Below, piece by piece: positions 61,437 to 64,000 of a DNA stretch of 64,000 nt. The first letter of the stretch is position 1. Each line of letters opens with the position of its first letter. Where the stretch lies: contig NC_057726.1 of NCBI RefSeq assembly GCF_004010195.1, positions 51,493,745 to 51,557,744 of the forward strand, in the 5' to 3' direction. The position numbers and the translations under genes are program-made. Under the pieces are notes generated by a model, which searched no databases, was not told where the DNA came from, and saw only the letters and a list, made by a program, of their open reading frames with translations. The DNA comes from Chiloscyllium plagiosum (taxonomy: Eukaryota).

Positions 61437-62467
61437 GATCATAGAATTATACAGTGTGGAAACAGACCCTTCGATCCAACTCGTCCCACCGACCAGACAT
61501 CCCAAACTGACCTAGTCCCATTTGCCAGCATTTAGCCCATAAACCTTAACCATCCCTCTGAATCCCTCTTAATCATGCCTTTTAAATATTGTAATTGTAT
61601 CCATCTCTACCATTTCCTCTGGCAGCACGTTCCATACACGCACCACATTCTGCATGAAAAAGTTAGTCCTCAGGTCCTTTCCCCTCTCACCAGTTTTTGG
61701 ACGACCCCACTCGGGGTGGGAAAAAGAGCTTGGTTAAACCCGCCCCCATCCATCCTCCTTATGATTTTATAAACCCCTCAGCCTCCGATGCACCAGTGAA
61801 AAAAAATTCCAGCGTATTCAGCCTGTCCCTGAAACTCAGACCCTCTAGCAACATCCGTGTAAATCTTTTCTGCATCCTGTCAAGTTTCACAACATCTTTC
61901 CTATCGAAGGACAACCAGAATTGTGCACCGCATTCTAAAAGTGGCTTCACCAATATCCTGTACAGCCGCGATATGACATCCCAACTACTATACTCAATAC
62001 TCTGACCAATAAAGGACAGCATACCAAATGCCCTCTTTACTATTCCATCCACCTGCGACTTCACTTTCAAGGAACTATGAACCTGCACTCCATTGTCTCT
62101 TTGTTCAGCAGCACTCCCAAGGACCTTACTGTTAAGTGTATAAGTCCTGTCCTGATTTGCCTTTCCAAAATGCAGCATCTCACATTTATCTAAACTTCAT
62201 CTGCCACTCTCAGCCTATTGGCCCATCCTGTCAGTTTCATTGCACTCAGGTAACCTTGTCACTGTCCACAACATCAGCTATTTTAGTCATTTGCAAACTT
62301 ACTAACTATACCACCTATATTATCATTCAAATCATTTATATGAAGAACGAAAAGCAATGGACCCAGTATTGCTCCTTGTAGCACACCTTTTGTCACAGGC
62401 CTCCAGTCCAAAAATCAACCATCTACCACCACCCTCTGTCTCCTACCTTCAAGTCAATTTTGTATAC
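61437..62467 (-). mobile_element. CR1/HER1 LINE 3' ~1 kb
   Basis: LHFGKANQDRTYTLN...KDVVKLDRMQKRFTRML on the minus strand. Confidence 0.92.
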
Positions 62468-62994
62468 ATAAAATTGTATACAATGGAATACATAACAGGT
62501 TGTTGGAAAGCTGGGAGTATATGATGTTCTTGAAGCTCAGATCCGGTGTTGCCACTGCAACGAGCAGGTGTCATGAGATATGGCTATGATGAAGGAGGTC
62601 AGTAGCAGGGAAACCATTTATAACAAGACTTAAGAACTTTATAAAAATTCAAGTGATGCCAGGACAATTTAGAAGCGTAAGCAGACAAAGCCTAACAGAA
62701 GAAGAATGATGAGGGGGGCTGATGCCACTGAAGGAGTGTATCCAGCAATTAAACTGCAATACAGGCAAGATGTGTTTGTTTAAACTGCACACAGCAGGAC
62801 TCAATCAAGAAAATAATTGTGAAAGAAACAGGACTGTATGGATGAGTTGGGCTGAAGGTTCTCTTTATGTACAGCGAGATGGATTCATTTGGTAAAGCTG
62901 TCACTGGGATTCATTCCAGTTAGGGAAACTGAATTTGATACTAAATCTGTGATTAGTGGAATTCTTCTCAAGAAACTGTGACAAAGACAGGAAT

Positions 62995-63450
62995 TGTTTA
63001 TTCATTCATGGGATGTGGGTGTTACACGCTAGGCAACCACTTCTTGCCTATCCTTAATTGCCCTGGAGAAGTTGTGGTGAATTCCCTTCTCGAATCTATG
63101 TGGTACTGCGGGTGCAGGGACACTGAGTGTAATTAAGAAGGGCTTTGACCCAGCAACAGTGAATGCACAACAATATATTTCCAAGTCGGGATTTTGTGTG
63201 GCTTGGAGGGAAACTTGCAGTAATGGTATTGTCCAGGCTTGAAAATTGGAGGAGGCAAGTTACCTGCTGCCAAACTATATGGCAAGTCCAGTTCAGCCTC
63301 TGAACACCCAGGATGTTGTTAAAGAGGGATTCAGGCATGCTAATAATTGAATATATAGAATGCCAAGAGGCGATGGTTAAATTCTCTCTCAGTGGATGGA
63401 GATGGTCTTTACCAGGCACTTGTGTGATGTGCATACTTCTTGCCACTTCA
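62995..63450 (-). mobile_element. Decayed 3' end of a different LINE-like family
   Basis: ttattcattcatgggatgtggg tail shared with the SINE at 33000. A similar remnant may lie at about 19380-19960. Confidence 0.5.
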
Positions 63451-63451
63451 G

Positions 63452-63656
63452 TCTTTCATTTTTCTCTTTTCCTTTTTTTCCCCTCCTCTTTCTCGCTCTC
63501 TGACTCAGACTCTAGGCTCCTGCTATTGCTCTTGCGCTCTCACCCACTCGCTCGCTGTCGTGTGCGCTCTCTCTCTCCCCTTCCACCCCATCTCGCTCGC
63601 TTGCGCGCTCTCTCTCTCTCTCCCACCCTCTCTCGACCCCCTCCTCCTCTTTTCGC
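63452..63656 (+). repeat. Pyrimidine-rich, CpG-containing low-complexity tract
   Basis: (CT)n, ctcg and cgct repeats; no AG dinucleotide between about 63516 and 63656. Confidence 0.85.
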
Positions 63657-64000
63657 AGCTCATTGTAAAGATCCTTACTCCAGTGAGACATTCCAAGTCA
63701 GCAGCATAAAGTGTAATGATTGCATCATCCTGCTGACTTCGACAGTGGTAACTGTTAGTAATTGTCAACAGCGTAATGGAATCCTTTTAAAACCAAATGG
63801 TTGTTGATTCCTTATGAATAAACAGACCGACATTGGCTCAGGTTATTTTGCTTGTGTCTGTGTTTATGATATCCAAATGAGTTAACCATTTTCCGATACT
63901 TTCCTCATTCTGGAATCGTGAAAGTTCTGTTAAACTTTCCATTCCTTAGGACCTAATTCTTTTCAGCTGGGACTTTGGAGCTGCTCCAACACTCACTCTC

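Noticed and set aside
63313-63807. 164-aa ORF
   Set aside because: Open only because it crosses a stop-poor pyrimidine tract and a LINE remnant.
55791-64000. Next RIPOR1 exon (expected to begin about IDELYEAYC)
   Set aside because: Not found on reading; it probably lies beyond the window.

Overview
Vertebrate genomic DNA, almost certainly a cartilaginous fish (shark). This is inferred from abundant HE1-type tRNA-derived V-SINEs with (TCTAA)n tails and HER1/CR1-type LINEs. The only host gene I can support is the 5' coding part of a RIPOR-family gene on the + strand, best matching RIPOR1/FAM65A. Five GT-AG exons (43204-43330, 46544-46696, 50438-50516, 54717-54740, 55737-55790) splice in frame to MSLSMRPVRRILFTGITRSQSFAG...PQPERLDEVYEALKKGL...[32 protein letters not shown]; the gene continues beyond the window. 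Almost all listed six-frame ORFs are repeat debris. The most interesting non-genic signal is at least three families of short (40-250 bp) Penelope-like (PLE) terminal-repeat elements. They carry minimal hammerhead-ribozyme cores (CTGANGA-stem-GAAA-palindrome-NUH), often form fold-back hairpins with a recurrent breakpoint, and have 8-16 bp target-site duplications (83 bp in one case). One decayed LINE (50.7-54.0 kb) holds a cluster of templated duplications, including an apparently exact 291-bp inverted copy and an inverted copy that preserves the empty pre-insertion site of a PLE element. All calls were made by eye and repeat boundaries are approximate.
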